Assembly (NCBI RefSeq): GCF_009914755.1
Contig: NC_060929.1
DNA: 64,000 nucleotides
Source of the DNA: the human T2T-CHM13v2.0 reference genome, Homo sapiens
Direction: 5' to 3' (one strand)
The position numbers and the translations under genes were made by a program. This document shows positions 27,400 to 40,523 of the stretch, piece after piece (the stretch's first letter is position 1; each line of letters begins with the position of its first letter). The notes beneath the pieces were generated by a model that had not been told where the DNA came from, searched no databases, and saw only the letters and a program-made list of their open reading frames with translations.

Positions 27400-29330
27400 A
27401 GGACACATTTGAAGTATCACTGTGTATCTAGAAAGAGTGGAGCTATGTGAAAAGACACATATGTACCATGCTTAAGCATTTGGGAGCTGCTGGAGGATTT
27501 TAAGTAGAGGATTGAGATGATCAAGGTTGCATGTTAGAAAGATTACTCAGGCTCTTGAGTGAAGAATTGATTAGAAGGGGCTAAAGATATGGAGACCCAT
27601 TAAGAAGCCACTGTAATGTTATGATTAAAATATGAAGAGGATCTGAACTCTAAGTCACTGTTAGTGAAGATGAGAGAAGAGAATGAATAGTAAGGATATA
27701 AAATTGACAGAATAAATGTATTAGCAGTAATAAGGATGGCTCCAGGTTTCTGACTTGAGTTTTTTGTTGGATGATAGAGGATTCACTAGGGTAATAAATC
27801 ACTGGAGAAGTTAAGAAAAATTTGGAAGGGGCAGGTAACAGTAAGATCTGTATAGGGAGAATGGCAGCTATTCTTTGGAATATGTTGACTTTGATAACTC
27901 CATGGAAGATCCAAGTAGAGATACCTACTATAAGCAAATCTGCTAGAATGGAAGCTCCATGAAGGTAAGAGTCTTGTCCACTTTATTTTTAGCTATATCT
28001 GTGGTGCCAGGCACATAACAGGCACTCTCTGTATATTTGGTGAATGAGTGAATGACTTGATGGATTACTGTATGCATCCAGCTCTCAAGAGCAAGATCTG
28101 GGCTAGAAAATCGAGATTTGGGAGTCATACGGAGTCCACATGGACTTGGAAGTTTTTGAGGATGGAGAGGAAGATTGGAGACAGGTGCTGAAATGTTCAG
28201 TTTATGTTTGGGGGAAGTGACTATTAAATGGAGATTCATAAGTAATAACGACAAAGAAGGAAAGAGTGCTACAGCTGAATGATGTGTTTCTCAAGTAGAA
28301 GGATTTTTTTCAGAGGGTTGGTGAGTAATTGTTTAGATATGGCATTGGGAGTTAAGAGAACATGAATCCCACCTCTTTACCTTGAGTTTTGAGAAAATAA
28401 GCATCTTTGCTACTTGAGAGTTCACTGCAGGAGAAGCCTCACCTAGGGGTAGGCCAATTTCAAGTGTGGCTATTAGGTCAAAGGAACACCTCAAGAAGAG
28501 GTTGAGGAAATGGGGAAGTTTGATGGTTATAAAATGTCAATTCCATTTTCCAGAGAGCAGCTGAAGTGATTGTTTTAAAATTTCAATTTATGGCTCACAC
28601 TCAGCAAGACGAGAGAATATGGGGTTACATAATTGGCAAAGAAGGGCAGAACAGTATGGCGACTATATTGGGCTGAAGTTAGACGTGTTGAGAGGGTAAT
28701 CTCTGGGAGTGCAGCTGATGAAAACAAAGATCAGAAACATGGTAAAGTTTGATTCTGTGGTCTCTGTGAAACATGCACCAGACCTGGTGGCTGGAGGACT
28801 AGGATCACATGGCCTGGCATGGTTGCAGTCTTAGTACTTAAGAGCCCTGTGTGTGTGTTGCCTAGAATGATGACATGAGATGGTATGGCATAGCTTATTT
28901 AAACAAATAAATTAGTTATAATGCAGGAATTAAGAGTATGAAAGGCTGGAGTTGTCTCTAATGAGGTTAGTAGGGACCAGATATTATGGTTTTATTTCTT
29001 CATCTGAAGGGCAATGGCTTTGTAGAGAAGACAATTAGATACCATTATTAAAAAATTCTTCCAACTGATGTCAGAGGAAAGGATAATAGGAGGCAAGAAG
29101 ATATAGGAGACTGGTTAGAAGTGATTGCAGAGGCCCGGGTGAGTGATGATGACAATGTGAACTAAAGTGTGGTCATGGGGATACAGAGAACTGAACAGAT
29201 CTAGAAGAACATTTATATAACAGGATGAAGTAGAGCCATGGAAGCCCAGAAGGGTCTTTTGAGGAGGCAAAAGGAGAACCAGCCACTTAGTGTTAACACA
29301 GTCCAAGGAGGGAAGAGGTTAAGAAAGAAG
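27400..29330 (-). mobile_element. Degraded LINE-2 fragments
   Basis: Purine-rich L2-like motifs (gattttaagtagagg..., agattactcaggct..., atctgggctag); boundaries approximate. Confidence 0.5.
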
Positions 29331-29631
29331 GACAAATAACAGTGGCTAATGATTCAGATACAAAGCAGTAAGAAGCTAATATTTAGCACTTGTGGTTTAC
29401 TAGTCACCCTACTAGGAGTTTTACATGTATGATCTCGTTTAATCTTCCCAGTAAACCTAAGAAGAATATATTAGTTCAACTTCTTTTTGGTGTCAAACTG
29501 AGGGATACAAATACATGGCTATAAGTGAGAAATTCAGAATTATAATCCAACTCTGACGAATTCTAAATTTCAGTATCTTCAGTATTTTCTCAATTTACTA
29601 ATGTTCTCTTGGCAACTCCTCAGTAATTTAT

Positions 29632-29920
29632 TATTATTTTTTGAGACAAGGTCTCTGTTACCCAGGCTGGAGTACAGTGGCATGATCATGGCTCACTGCA
29701 GCTTTGAACTCCCTGGCTCAAGTGATCCTCCTACCTCAGCCTCCCAAGTACCTGGGAAACAGGCATGGGCCACCATGCCTGGATAATTGTTTTGTATTTT
29801 TTGTAGAGATGAGGTTCTCACTATGTTGTCTAGGTTGGTCTTGAACTCTTAGCCTCAAGTGATTCTTCCACCTCAGCCTCCCAAATTGTTGGGATTACAG
29901 ATGTGAGCCACTGTGCCTGC
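29632..29920 (-). mobile_element. Alu (AluJ-like)
   Basis: Reverse Alu with ggctcaagtgatcctcc. Confidence 0.88.
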
Positions 29921-30350
29921 CCCCCCCATCAATTTAAAAACAGCTTTTCAGAGGGGGAGAAAGACACTTAATTGAATGTATACATTGATTATTAGACTAA
30001 TGAGAAACATAAAAATATGAAAATGAGTCTTAGTCTTGAGGATAAATAGTAGTAGCTGTGATTATGCAGCTGCTACTGATAAGATGATAAAGTTGTTGAT
30101 GATAGTGATGATGATATAAGGACTGTTATAAGCCTTGCAGTTTTTTTCTTTCTCTGTATTTTTATTGTCATGTGAATGAAAGTTACATACGGTATCTTTT
30201 CTTCAACGTATACATTTTATTTCAACTCTATGTATAAGTTGTTATAGAATTTTTTCTTTACTCTTTTTGCTTTCACCGGGTAATTTTCAGTGTGATCTTT
30301 TGCTATTTTTATTAATGATTTGTTTTGGTAACTGTGATTTTCTTTCTTAG

Positions 30351-30426
30351 GTATTGGATCAGGAGTCAATTTTCAGTTGAACAACCAACATAAATTCAAC
30401 ATTCTAATCTTATATTCAACTACCAG
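30351..30426 (+). CDS. FBXO4: FBXO4 exon 4
   Basis: tttcttag|GT ATT; IGSGVNFQLNNQHKFNILILYSTT AG|gtaagg; 76 nt. Confidence 0.93.
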
Positions 30427-30537
30427 GTAAGGCTACATACTTGGTGGCTTAACTGAAACATCAGAACTAAAACATTTCAGGTGAGTGGAGCCTGTTTAGT
30501 GTCTTTTTATATTCTGTCTTTACAATTTTTTTTCTAG

Positions 30538-30713
30538 AAAGGAAAGAGATAGAGCAAGGGAAGAGCATACAAGTGCAGTTAACAAGATGTTCAGTCGACA
30601 CAATGAAGGTGATGATCAACAAGGAAGCCGGTACAGTGTGATTCCACAGATTCAAAAAGTGTGTGAAGTTGTAGATGGGTTCATCTATGTTGCAAATGCT
30701 GAAGCTCATAAAA
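30538..30713 (+). CDS. FBXO4: FBXO4 exon 5
   Basis: tttctag|A AAG; KERDRAREEHTSAVNKMF...VDGFIYVANAEAHK A|gtaagt; 176 nt. Confidence 0.94.
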
Positions 30714-30854
30714 GTAAGTACTCATATGTACATTTTTAAGCACATTGTTCTTTTCAAAGCAAATGGAAAATACCTTTTTAGACTTTACTGTGGCTTCTTA
30801 AGAATATGATGGCTTATTTTATCAATGTGATTTTCTGACCCTTACTATTAATAG

Positions 30855-31035
30855 TGTGTTCTCACACTTTTGTGTGTATTAGGATCACCTGGGAAGCTTG
30901 TTAAACATGTTAACAAGCTGATTCCTACCCTGGTGGATTTTATTCCTAGATTTGGGTTGTGTGAATCAGATTTGGGCATCTGTTTTTTCCAAGCACCCAG
31001 GGAATTCTGATGCATTCCAAAGTTTGGTACTAGAG
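30855..31035. mobile_element. MER5-like hAT element
   Basis: gttctcacacttt...ggatcacctgggaagcttgttaaa...ttctgatgca...aagtttg. Confidence 0.6.
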
Positions 31036-32676
31036 CTATACAATATTTTTTTGCTTTATGCTTCTGCATTTTTTTGATACTGACATTTTGTCTGCTTCTG
31101 GCTTTATTCAAATAATCTATGCAAATAACTATGAAAAATTTTATCTTTGTTTTATCCAAATAGTAAAGAGATGTGATGGTAGGGTGTTAAGTAGATTAGT
31201 TGAGAACACTATTCATATATTCTGAATAATTGCCATTCAGAATGCTATTTTTGTGTGAAATCAAAATATCATTGGGCCATGAGCTAGTATTATAATATCT
31301 TTCCCAAATCCTTTGTGAACAAGGTAGAATATAAATACATAATATATTGTATATATATTATAGTTCTCTAATACACTGGTTTGAATTTCTATTCAATTTA
31401 TTTTCCCTGTGATCTGTTAGGCATGAAAGCAGTTGCAATTACTTTCTGTTATTACAGGGCTATCTATAAAAAGAAAACTTAGAAGCAAAATAAAAGATAA
31501 GTTCATTTAACAAATAGTGTTTTAGTTCCTACAGGCATGTTGCAGTTACAATTGGGAACTAAAACAGATATAGCCCCTACTTTTATCTAGTTTTCCAATC
31601 TGCTCCTATAAAACAAGCACACAAAAAATAAATTAAAAAAATTTACAAGACACAAAGAGACTATACTCACTTATCAGCTTTTTCCCACTGGCCTCTACTA
31701 GGTGCTCATGTAAAAGGTTAGTGGTAAGGCAGGAGACCTATGAGTGCCCTCCTTGGTGGTACAGGCATGCATGTGATGACCAGCTGGTGCTTGAAGACAG
31801 GTATATCCTCCTGCTTTCTATATCCTTTTCTCAATGAAGCCAAAGTTGTTTTCCACAGACAAAAGTTGACTGCTGCTGTCTCAAGGGAGATAGAAACAAA
31901 AGCTGTCTTAGGGGAGGAGCAGGAATTCCACTTGTACCAAGGATCTTGCACTGATACAAATTAAATGTTTGCTGACTCTGGAGGAGAGGCAGGAAATTTG
32001 CAGTGGAGACCTTTCTACCAATACAGGGCAGAATTCAGCAGTCATGCTGGAACACTGAGAAAGCCTGCAGCACTGAGGCTCTGGTGCACAGGGCCTACCT
32101 AAGGCCTGAGGCTGGAATGAGAAAACTGAGAAATCTCCATGTCCCTACCAATTAAGGAGCAACAGCAGACTACTGCAGGGATGGGGGAAGGGTGTGGAGA
32201 GGCTCTCCTTGCCTCTTCCCCATAACCCCCATGGCACAGTTAACAAGATAGGCTGAAAGCTGAGAACAAGTAGAAACTCTGAGAAAGAAACTCTGGTACT
32301 CCAGTGCTGTTACTGAGAACAAGATAGGCAGCAGCATGCTGCTGGAAGAATTTAAAGTCTGTGTGTTACAAAGTTAACTATAGCAATAAAAGCCAAATCC
32401 AGCTCAACTACAGACTAGTTTGATTCAGCCTACTGCATTAATACCCTGACCGAAGTATGATGCCTGTTTTTAGGAGTAAATCCTTTTTACCTCAGTCTTT
32501 ATTGCTCTTCTACATAAAACACCTAACATTAAATCTAAAAATTATGAGACACTCACAAAATCAAAATGAAATGATACATTGTCATGAGATAAGGCAGTCA
32601 GTTGAACTGGACCAGAGATGGTCAGCATGTTGGTATTCTCAGAAAGGGACATTAAAATAACTGATTAAGAGATCTA

Positions 32677-32952
32677 GGTCAGGTACAGTGGCTCTGGGAG
32701 GCCAAGGCGGGCAGATTGCTTGAGCCCAGGAGTTTGACACCAGCCTGGGCAACATGGCAAAATTTTGCCTCTACCAAGAATACCAAAAATTAGCCAGGCA
32801 TGGTGGCACGTGCCTGTAGTCGCAACTACTTGGGAGGCTGAGGCAGGAGAATCGCTTGAGCCTGGGAGGCAGAGGTTACGTGAGCTGAAATCACACCACT
32901 GTACTCCAGCCTGGGTGACAGAGCGAGACCCTGTCCCCAACCCACAAAAAAA
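32677..32952 (+). mobile_element. Alu (small 5' deletion)
   Basis: Dimeric Alu motifs. Confidence 0.85.
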
Positions 32953-33237
32953 TGAGAGATTGAGAGAGACCTAGTGGAAAAGGTGGACAATATGTGTGAA
33001 CAGATAGATTTTTCAGCAGAGAAAAGGAAGCTGTTTTGAAAAAGTAAAACAAGCATGCTAGATATGAAAATATGACAACAGATGAATAGTTCCTTCAGTG
33101 GGCATATTAGCAAAGGAAAGAATCATTGAAAGTGAAGTTAAGTCATTCAGAATTATCCAAATTAAAACACAAAGAGAAAAAAAAGTAAGAGCAAGGAACA
33201 GAGTGAGAGTTGGGGGAATCTATCCAGTGATCTAACT

Positions 33238-33448
33238 CAGGGGTCAGGAAACTTTCTTAAAGGGACAAATAGTAAATATTGTAGGCTTATGAACCATACA
33301 GTTTTTTTGTTTTTTTTTTACAATCACTTAGCTCTGCTATTGCAGTGCAAAAGCAGCAGAGACAATACGTAAATGAATGGACAGACTGTTTTCCAATAAA
33401 AATTTATTTAGAAAAATTGACCCACAGAATGTAGTAGGCTGACCCCTG
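33238..33448. mobile_element. MER58-like hAT DNA transposon
   Basis: TIRs caggggtcag...ctgacccctg; perfect 8-bp TSD atctaact. Confidence 0.88.
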
Positions 33449-33876
33449 ATCTAACTTATCTGTAATTGGAGTCCCAAAACATGAAGGGAGAGAGAAAAGG
33501 GGAAAAGGAATTTTTGAACAGATAATGGCCAGAATTATCTCAAAATTATGGAAAGACAACAAACCACAGATTGAAGATGCTCAGAGAATGCCAAGCATAA
33601 ATACAAAGAAAAATACATCTAGGCACATCATAGTCAAACTGATAAAAATCAGAGATAAAGAGAACATCTTTAACGCAGCCAGAAAAAATGAAAACATACA
33701 TACAGGCCAAGATAATAGTGACGGCAAATTTCCTGTCAGAATTGCTGCAGGATAGAAACCAATAAAGAGAAATCTTTATAGTACTGCAAGGGGGAAAAAA
33801 CATCCTATATCTAGCAAAAATATTTTTTTGAAAATAAAGGCAATGTTAAGACTTTTTCAGACAAACAGAAGTTCAA

Positions 33877-34390
33877 TGTCTTAGTTCATTTGTGCCACTG
33901 TAACAGAATACCCCAGACCTGTATATCAGTCCATTTCTGTTTTTAGATTATGGAGACATCTGAATGGTACTGTGATTTTTTTCCCTCTGGCTTCACCTAA
34001 ATCCCTATTCTCCCAAGACTACTTAGTCTAATTTTATTACAGATCAATAAATGAATTTTTAAAGAACAGAAATTTATTTCTCACAGTTTTGGACACTAGG
34101 GAGTCCAAGATTAAGGCACCAGCATCTGGTGTCTGGTGAGTGCCTTTCTTGCTGATTTCTTACTTGGCAGAAGGCAGAAAGGGAAGCGGGAGACAAACAT
34201 TGCATTCTCACATGACAGAAGAGGGAAAGACAGGGCTGCAAGCCGTTTTTAATGGCAATATTAATCTACTTATAAGAGTAAAGCCCTTATGACCTAAACA
34301 ACTCCCAAAGACACCCCTTCCTGCAACACTCTTGCATTGGGGTTTAAATGTGCAACACATGAATTTTGAGAAACACATTTGAACATAGCA
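33877..34390 (-). mobile_element. MaLR LTR (MLT1A/MST-like) with an internal insertion
   Basis: tgtcttagttcatttgtgccactgtaacagaatac...agaaatttatttctcacagtt...agtccaagattaagg...catagca. Confidence 0.75.
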
Positions 34391-34926
34391 CTGAGAAAAT
34401 TGATTGTTAACAGATCTTCACTATAAGAAATCTTAAAGGAAGCTCTTTAGGCAGAAGACTATGATAACAGATGGAAATTTGCATCTACTGAAAAAGATGA
34501 AGACTCCTGGGATGGAAACAATGGAGCTATATATAAAAGGTTTTTTTCTAATTTTAATAAAAAAAACTAATAGTGTATTATACATGTATGACATTTTAAA
34601 GAAAAATATGTGATATAGAACACATCATGGAAGAGAGAACATTTAAGTATATTATACTGTAAGTTTCTTCTATATGTGAAATGGCATAATATTTAAAGGT
34701 AGACTTACAAATTAAAAATGTGTATTACATATACTTCAACAGCTACTAAAAAATGTATAATGAAGTTGTAACTAAGCCAGTAGTGGATATAAAATGGAAC
34801 CATTAAAAAACTCAGTCCAAAAGAAGGTAGGCAAAGAGAGAAGAAGGAACAAAGAATAGACGGACAAGTCAAAATCTAAGACGTATAGGATACATTTAAA
34901 TGCACCTTGTTGATAAGTACATTAAA

Positions 34927-35514
34927 TGTTTATTAATTTTCAATTTCTATTAACAAATTACCTCAAATTTAATAGTTTAAAACAACTATTTTTTTAGCTC
35001 ACAGTTCTCTATGTCAGAAGTCTGGAAATGGTAGTACTGAGTTCTCTGGATAGGGCCTCTTGGGCTGAAATTTGTGTATCATATGGTTGCATCCTTTTCT
35101 GGAGGCTCTGGGAAAGAATTTGCTTCCGAGATCATTCAAGTTATTAGCTGAATTCAGTTCCTTATTGTTGTAGGACTGACCTTCCTGTTTTCTTGCTAGC
35201 TGTCAGCTGGGGGCTGTTATCAGCTTCTAGAGGTCACCTATATTCCTTCCCATGTGACTCCCTCCATCTTCCAATCCAGCAATGGAGAATCTCCCTGCAT
35301 TGAATCTTTCAACAAGAAGAGCCGCTTTTAAGGTCTCACCTGATTAGTCAGGCTCAATGAAGATTACCTGTCTTTCTTAAAGTCAACCGTGTCTTAAAGC
35401 CTAATCATGGGAGTGATGCCCCATCTTATTTGTAGGTTCTTCAGACACTAAAGAGGGAAGGGATTATGCAAGGGTTTGGAACATTGAGGCTATCTTAAAA
35501 TTCTGCCTACCACA
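34927..35514 (-). mobile_element. MLT1-family LTR
   Basis: taacaaattacc...ctcacagttct...ggaggctctgggaaagaat...ctgcctaccaca. Confidence 0.75.
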
Positions 35515-35845
35515 AAATGCAGATGGTCCAAACACTCCAATAGAAGGTTGAGATTGTTGGTATTCATAAAAAAAGCTAAACTCTACTATATGCCTACATT
35601 TTGAAAGTAAGCCCTTTGAATGAAAGGGTAGTGACATCTACAGAATTTGTGAAAGGAACTACCTGTATCAAGCATTTTTGCTTTTAAACTGTGGAGACAT
35701 CTGAAGAGTACTGTGATTTTTTTCCCTCAGTTTATGTTTGGATCCTGGTAAATTTTTGTTCCCTCGCTTTGTTAGTTTTTTATTTTATTATTTTCAAAAC
35801 TATTAAAAGTAATGCAAATTAAGGGTTTTGACTTACATTCCTTAG

Positions 35846-36021
35846 GACATGAATGGCAAGATGAATTTTCTCATATTATGGCAATGACAGATCCAGCCTT
35901 TGGGTCTTCGGGAAGACCATTGTTGGTTTTATCTTGTATTTCTCAAGGGGATGTAAAAAGAATGCCCTGTTTTTATTTGGCTCATGAGCTGCATCTGAAT
36001 CTTCTAAATCACCCATGGCTG
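35846..36021 (+). CDS. FBXO4: FBXO4 exon 6
   Basis: ttccttag|GA CAT; HEWQDEFSHIMAMTDPAFGSSGRPLLVLSCI...HPWL|gtaaga; 176 nt. Confidence 0.94.
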
Positions 36022-36224
36022 GTAAGATCATTTATACTCTAGTGACAAAAATTTTATTTTGCACTCTATTTTCTATTTGATTTTATTTTTTAAATTCATC
36101 TTCTTTAATGAAATGGCATTCTAAAGTCAATTTTAATAGCTTAATCTATGGAAGCTATTTGATTGGTGATAATAAATGTTAGCTGATCAATTGTGTCTTA
36201 CTTGCCTCTTCTCTCATACAGTGA

Positions 36225-36558
<334 letters not shown>

Positions 36559-36671
36559 TTGTTTTTTTTTAGATGCCACTATTATGTTTTTTATAATATC
36601 AATGTATTATGCTTTATGGATCATCAAAGTTATATGTTCCATCTTATAGTTTATTGCTTTCTAAAATATAT

Positions 36672-36966
36672 TTTATTTATTTTTTTGTGACAGGGTCTCG
36701 CTCTCACCCAGGCTGTAGTGCAGTGGTGCAATTTTGGCTCACTCCAACCTCTGCCTCCTGGGTTCAAGTGATTCTCATGCCTCAGCCTCCCAAGTAGCTG
36801 GGATTACAGGCATGTGCCACCACACCTGGCTAATTTTTGTATTTTTAGTAGAGACAGGGTTTCACCATGTTGGCCAGGCTGGTCCCGGATTCCTGGCTTC
36901 AAGTGATCCACCCGCCATGGCTTCCCAAAGTGCTGGGATTACAGGCATGAGCCACCGTGCCCAGCC
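36672..36966 (-). mobile_element. Alu (AluS-like)
   Basis: Reverse dimeric Alu. Confidence 0.88.
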
Positions 36967-37596
36967 CTAAAATACATTTTAATTATGGCATTCTTTCTTC
37001 AAACAAAACCTGACATGATAACCCCTGAGTAAAACAGATAAAGAAAAATTAAAGTTGGAAACCTTTTGCGGAAAAAGTAAGAGAATTTTCTTTGTTCCCC
37101 TTCCATCTCTTCCCTGGAGCTCCAAAGACTCTTTGGAATGAAGTTTGAAAACTACTAATAAAGTTTCCCCTTCTGAATGGTGGCAATTTTAGCTTTACCA
37201 TTAGGAGGAGTGGCAGTCTTCAAGACACATTTTTGCAACAGGATGTCACACATATGACTAACTGGGTCACTAAAAAATGTTTTAGTTTTCAAAGTGGATC
37301 CTTTGGAGGAATTTTTTCCCCTCATACATGGAAGCAAGTCATGGAAATGGTAGTTCTTTCCATTTCCAAAGCTGAATTCCAAGGCAAATAAACTTTATAT
37401 TGGTAATAGTTACAAGAGAGATGATCATATTTTTATCTAAGTGCTCTACAAAACAAAACTTGAGCAACTTATCCAAAGTTTATTGGGATTTTTAAAAGTT
37501 CTGTTATCTTTTTAGTGTCTAGAAAAATGTCCCTCCTACTCATAAGATTTTGGACTTAGTTTCTTACTAACAACATTCTCTCTTATGTATTCCGAG

Positions 37597-37686
37597 GTCC
37601 AGGATACAGAGGCTGAAACTCTGACTGGTTTTTTGAATGGCATTGAGTGGATTCTTGAAGAAGTGGAATCTAAGCGTGCAAGATGA
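37597..37686 (+). CDS. FBXO4: FBXO4 exon 7 (coding part to TGA)
   Basis: ttccgag|GTC CAG; VQDTEAETLTGFLNGIEWILEEVESKRAR*; gives 387 aa. An alternative CAG acceptor lies 6 nt downstream. Confidence 0.88.
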   Translation, partial: VQDTEAETLTGFLNGIEWILEEVESKRAR

Positions 37687-37954
37687 TTCTCTTTTCAGAT
37701 CTTGGGAACTGAAACCATTTGAAATTTATTACTAAGGTCGTGATGTGAATATTTGCTCAGTCAGCCCACCTTGTCCTGCCTTTTTGCAGATAGGCTTTCA
37801 TTTGGACAGCTATAACTGCTGTGTTTTTTATATTATTTTTACTCTTTACCATAAATCAATTACAAGAAAAGAGTTTCAGTCCTAGTATTTAGCCCCAAAA
37901 TGAACCTTTAAACATTTTTTTGGTAATTTTTATATTTTCTGTCTTTTTAAAAAT

Positions 37955-37960
37955 ATTAAA
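37955..37960 (+). terminator. Probable FBXO4 poly(A) signal (ATTAAA)
   Basis: ATTAAA after a U-rich upstream region; an additional AATAAA at 38120-38125. Confidence 0.55.
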
Positions 37961-40148
37961 TTCTGGAAAAAACAAGTTTGTGCCTCTCATTCCCTGAGTT
38001 TCTATTCTTTTGGGTATAAAGATTGCCTTAGTGAGAAATAGCAAATTTGCTAAACTTTCTATTCAGTCTTTTCAAGGGTTCATAAGTGGTTATCAGAAAA
38101 GAAATTTTTATCTATTCTTAATAAATACACTGCTTAAAGACTGAAAAATGTACTGGAATTGCATTTAATATTATGGCCATACAATCTGTCTTTTATTATG
38201 AAACAGTAGAAAGCAAGCTTATATCATATTTAATACTGCTTTAGTGAAAAATAACTTTTCCTGATAGTTCTTACTATTTTCAGATAACTTCGCAAGCTCA
38301 TAAGATACTAAAGCCAAATTCTATTCCATACTCAGAGTGAAAACTTCCCAGAGACTTGTATGTATCATATTACTTCCTTCCACAAATGGCTTATACTCGG
38401 CAGAAGAAACACCCTAATATCTCACTGGAACTCAGCAATTTTAAGATTATAGTAAAAGCCATAAATATCTATATATAGTTTATATAAGTTCCATATTTAA
38501 ATGTATTTCTGTTTTGGACAGAAAGTTTGTAACATATATTATACATATAATTGTATTTAGTCTCTTTTAGGTCAGTGCTATTACTGTTTTAACCTTTTTG
38601 TTGAGGGGGCAGAATTTTGCCTAATGGACTATTGGGTTTAGGAGACCTTCGAGAAAGACCTATGAACATATGGTTTCACATTTGTCAGAATGTTTACTTA
38701 GATATTTGTAGTTTTACTATGGTGAGGCATTATTAATATTTCTAATAATAATCCAAAGTTATGATAGAAGAGTGGTTTAATTTATTAAGTACCAATGGAA
38801 GCAGAACAATGCTTTTATATCAGCTATCTTTTTTTAAAATGGCATTTCAGTTCTATAATTAAGATATTATATCTGATGAATGGAGAAAATGAAATAGTGT
38901 AGTATCAAATTCTAGGTCACTCACCAGATTTAAACTAGTACCTTATGCTCTTTTTTTCTTATAGCACACTCCAGTATTTATAATCTAGATTTTTGTTAAA
39001 GCAAGATACATTTATTTTTCTAGTTTTTAGTTTAATTTTCCAGAGTCCCAATCAAATCTTTTTTTCCTCCTCTATACACTATGAAATTTATCTCTCTTAT
39101 ATTAACTCATTTTTGTATGGTCTTTTCCTAGTCCTAATTATCTTTGGATAGGACTTGCTGCATGTCTTGGGGTTCTCCCCACTCTATTTGCAGCATGAGA
39201 TATAATTTATTATATTTGATCCTTGATGATTTTGACAAGTACATGAGCCATTTGCATTTTAGATGTTTTTCTCCATATAATTATGGGTAACAAAAGAGAT
39301 TTTTAAAATTACTAATTATGAGGATACTGTAAAATTTACAAAATCTTCAAATGTTGGAGCTAAGACTAAATGCTAGCCTTTATGACAGCTGTGTCAGGCA
39401 ATGTGTATAATACTTTGTATACATAAACTTTAAATCTCAGAAAAACCTTATAAAGCCACTAGTATTATCCTCATTTTTTAGGTAAAGAAATTGAGACCCA
39501 GAGAAAAGAATTCTATTATAATTCAAGTCCATATCATGGTATAGGTAGCAAAGAAGACATTAGACTTGGAGTCCGAAAATCCTCTTATCCAAGTTAAAAA
39601 GAGCTACAGGCTATTTTGATGTTTAATTAAAAAATCAATTTCCTGGACTCTAGTGTGGTTCACTAAATTCTCATCAGTGCTATATTAGCATTATCCAGGG
39701 ATGAACAAACCAAAATTGTTATGCATGCAACCTCTGGAGTTGAGAATGACCTAACCCAAATTTCCACTCTGCCAATTTTTATTGACATGGCCACAAGTAA
39801 GTCCCTTAAATTCTGAATCTCAGTTTTCTCATGTACAAAATGAGAACAATAATACCTACCTTGGACATAAGTTTTGCTTTATCAAAAACTGATGTAAGCA
39901 TCTGCATAAGTACTTCTCTGTGGGAAGGCCTCAACTTCAGTACTAACGTTCTAAGAGTTTTTATGGGTTTTTCAATGTCACTCTCTGAAATGATTATCCT
40001 GACATAAAACAACTATTTTATAGGTATGTTTAGATGGTCATATAAAAAGTGTCACTGTTTAATCATATAAACTCTATCGCCACTATTGAAAATTACTTGA
40101 AAATTGTGCCTCTATATAGTTTGTGAACTGCATGTGCATATTAATAAC

Positions 40149-40523
40149 TGTTAATGGACTGAATTTTGTTTCCCCAAATTCATATATTGCAGTCCTAACT
40201 CCCAGTACACCTCACAATGTGACTGTATTTGGAGACAGGGCCTTCAAAGAGAGAATTAAGGTTAAATGAGGTCATATAGGTGGCCCTAATCCAATAGAAG
40301 AGGAAAAGACACAAGGGATGTTTATAGACAGACAAAAGACCACATGAGGACATAGTGAGAAGGTGGCCATCTGCAAGCCAAGGAGAAAAGCCTCAGGAGA
40401 AACCAAACCTGTTGACACTTTCATCTTAAACTTCTAGAGTCCAGAATTGTGAGAAAATAAATTTCTGTTGTTTAAGACACTCGGTCTATGGTGTTTCATC
40501 ATGGCAGCCCTAGCACACTAAAA
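40149..40523 (+). mobile_element. MLT1B-like LTR
   Basis: tgttaatggactgaat...tgtgactgtatttggagacagggcc...tgtgagaaaataaatttctgttgtttaag...gcagccctagca. Confidence 0.8.

Larger units (their letters stand above)
32400..34900 (+). mobile_element. Old L1M ORF1-region fragments, interrupted by Alu, MER58 and an LTR
   Basis: ORF 33525..33755 (PQIEDAQRMP...RHIIVKLIKIRDKENIFNAARK) resembles L1 ORF1p. Confidence 0.7.

Noticed and set aside
35605-35710. Possible intronic C/D box snoRNA upstream of FBXO4 exon 6
   Set aside because: A CTGA is present, but there is no convincing RTGATGA C box or terminal stem.
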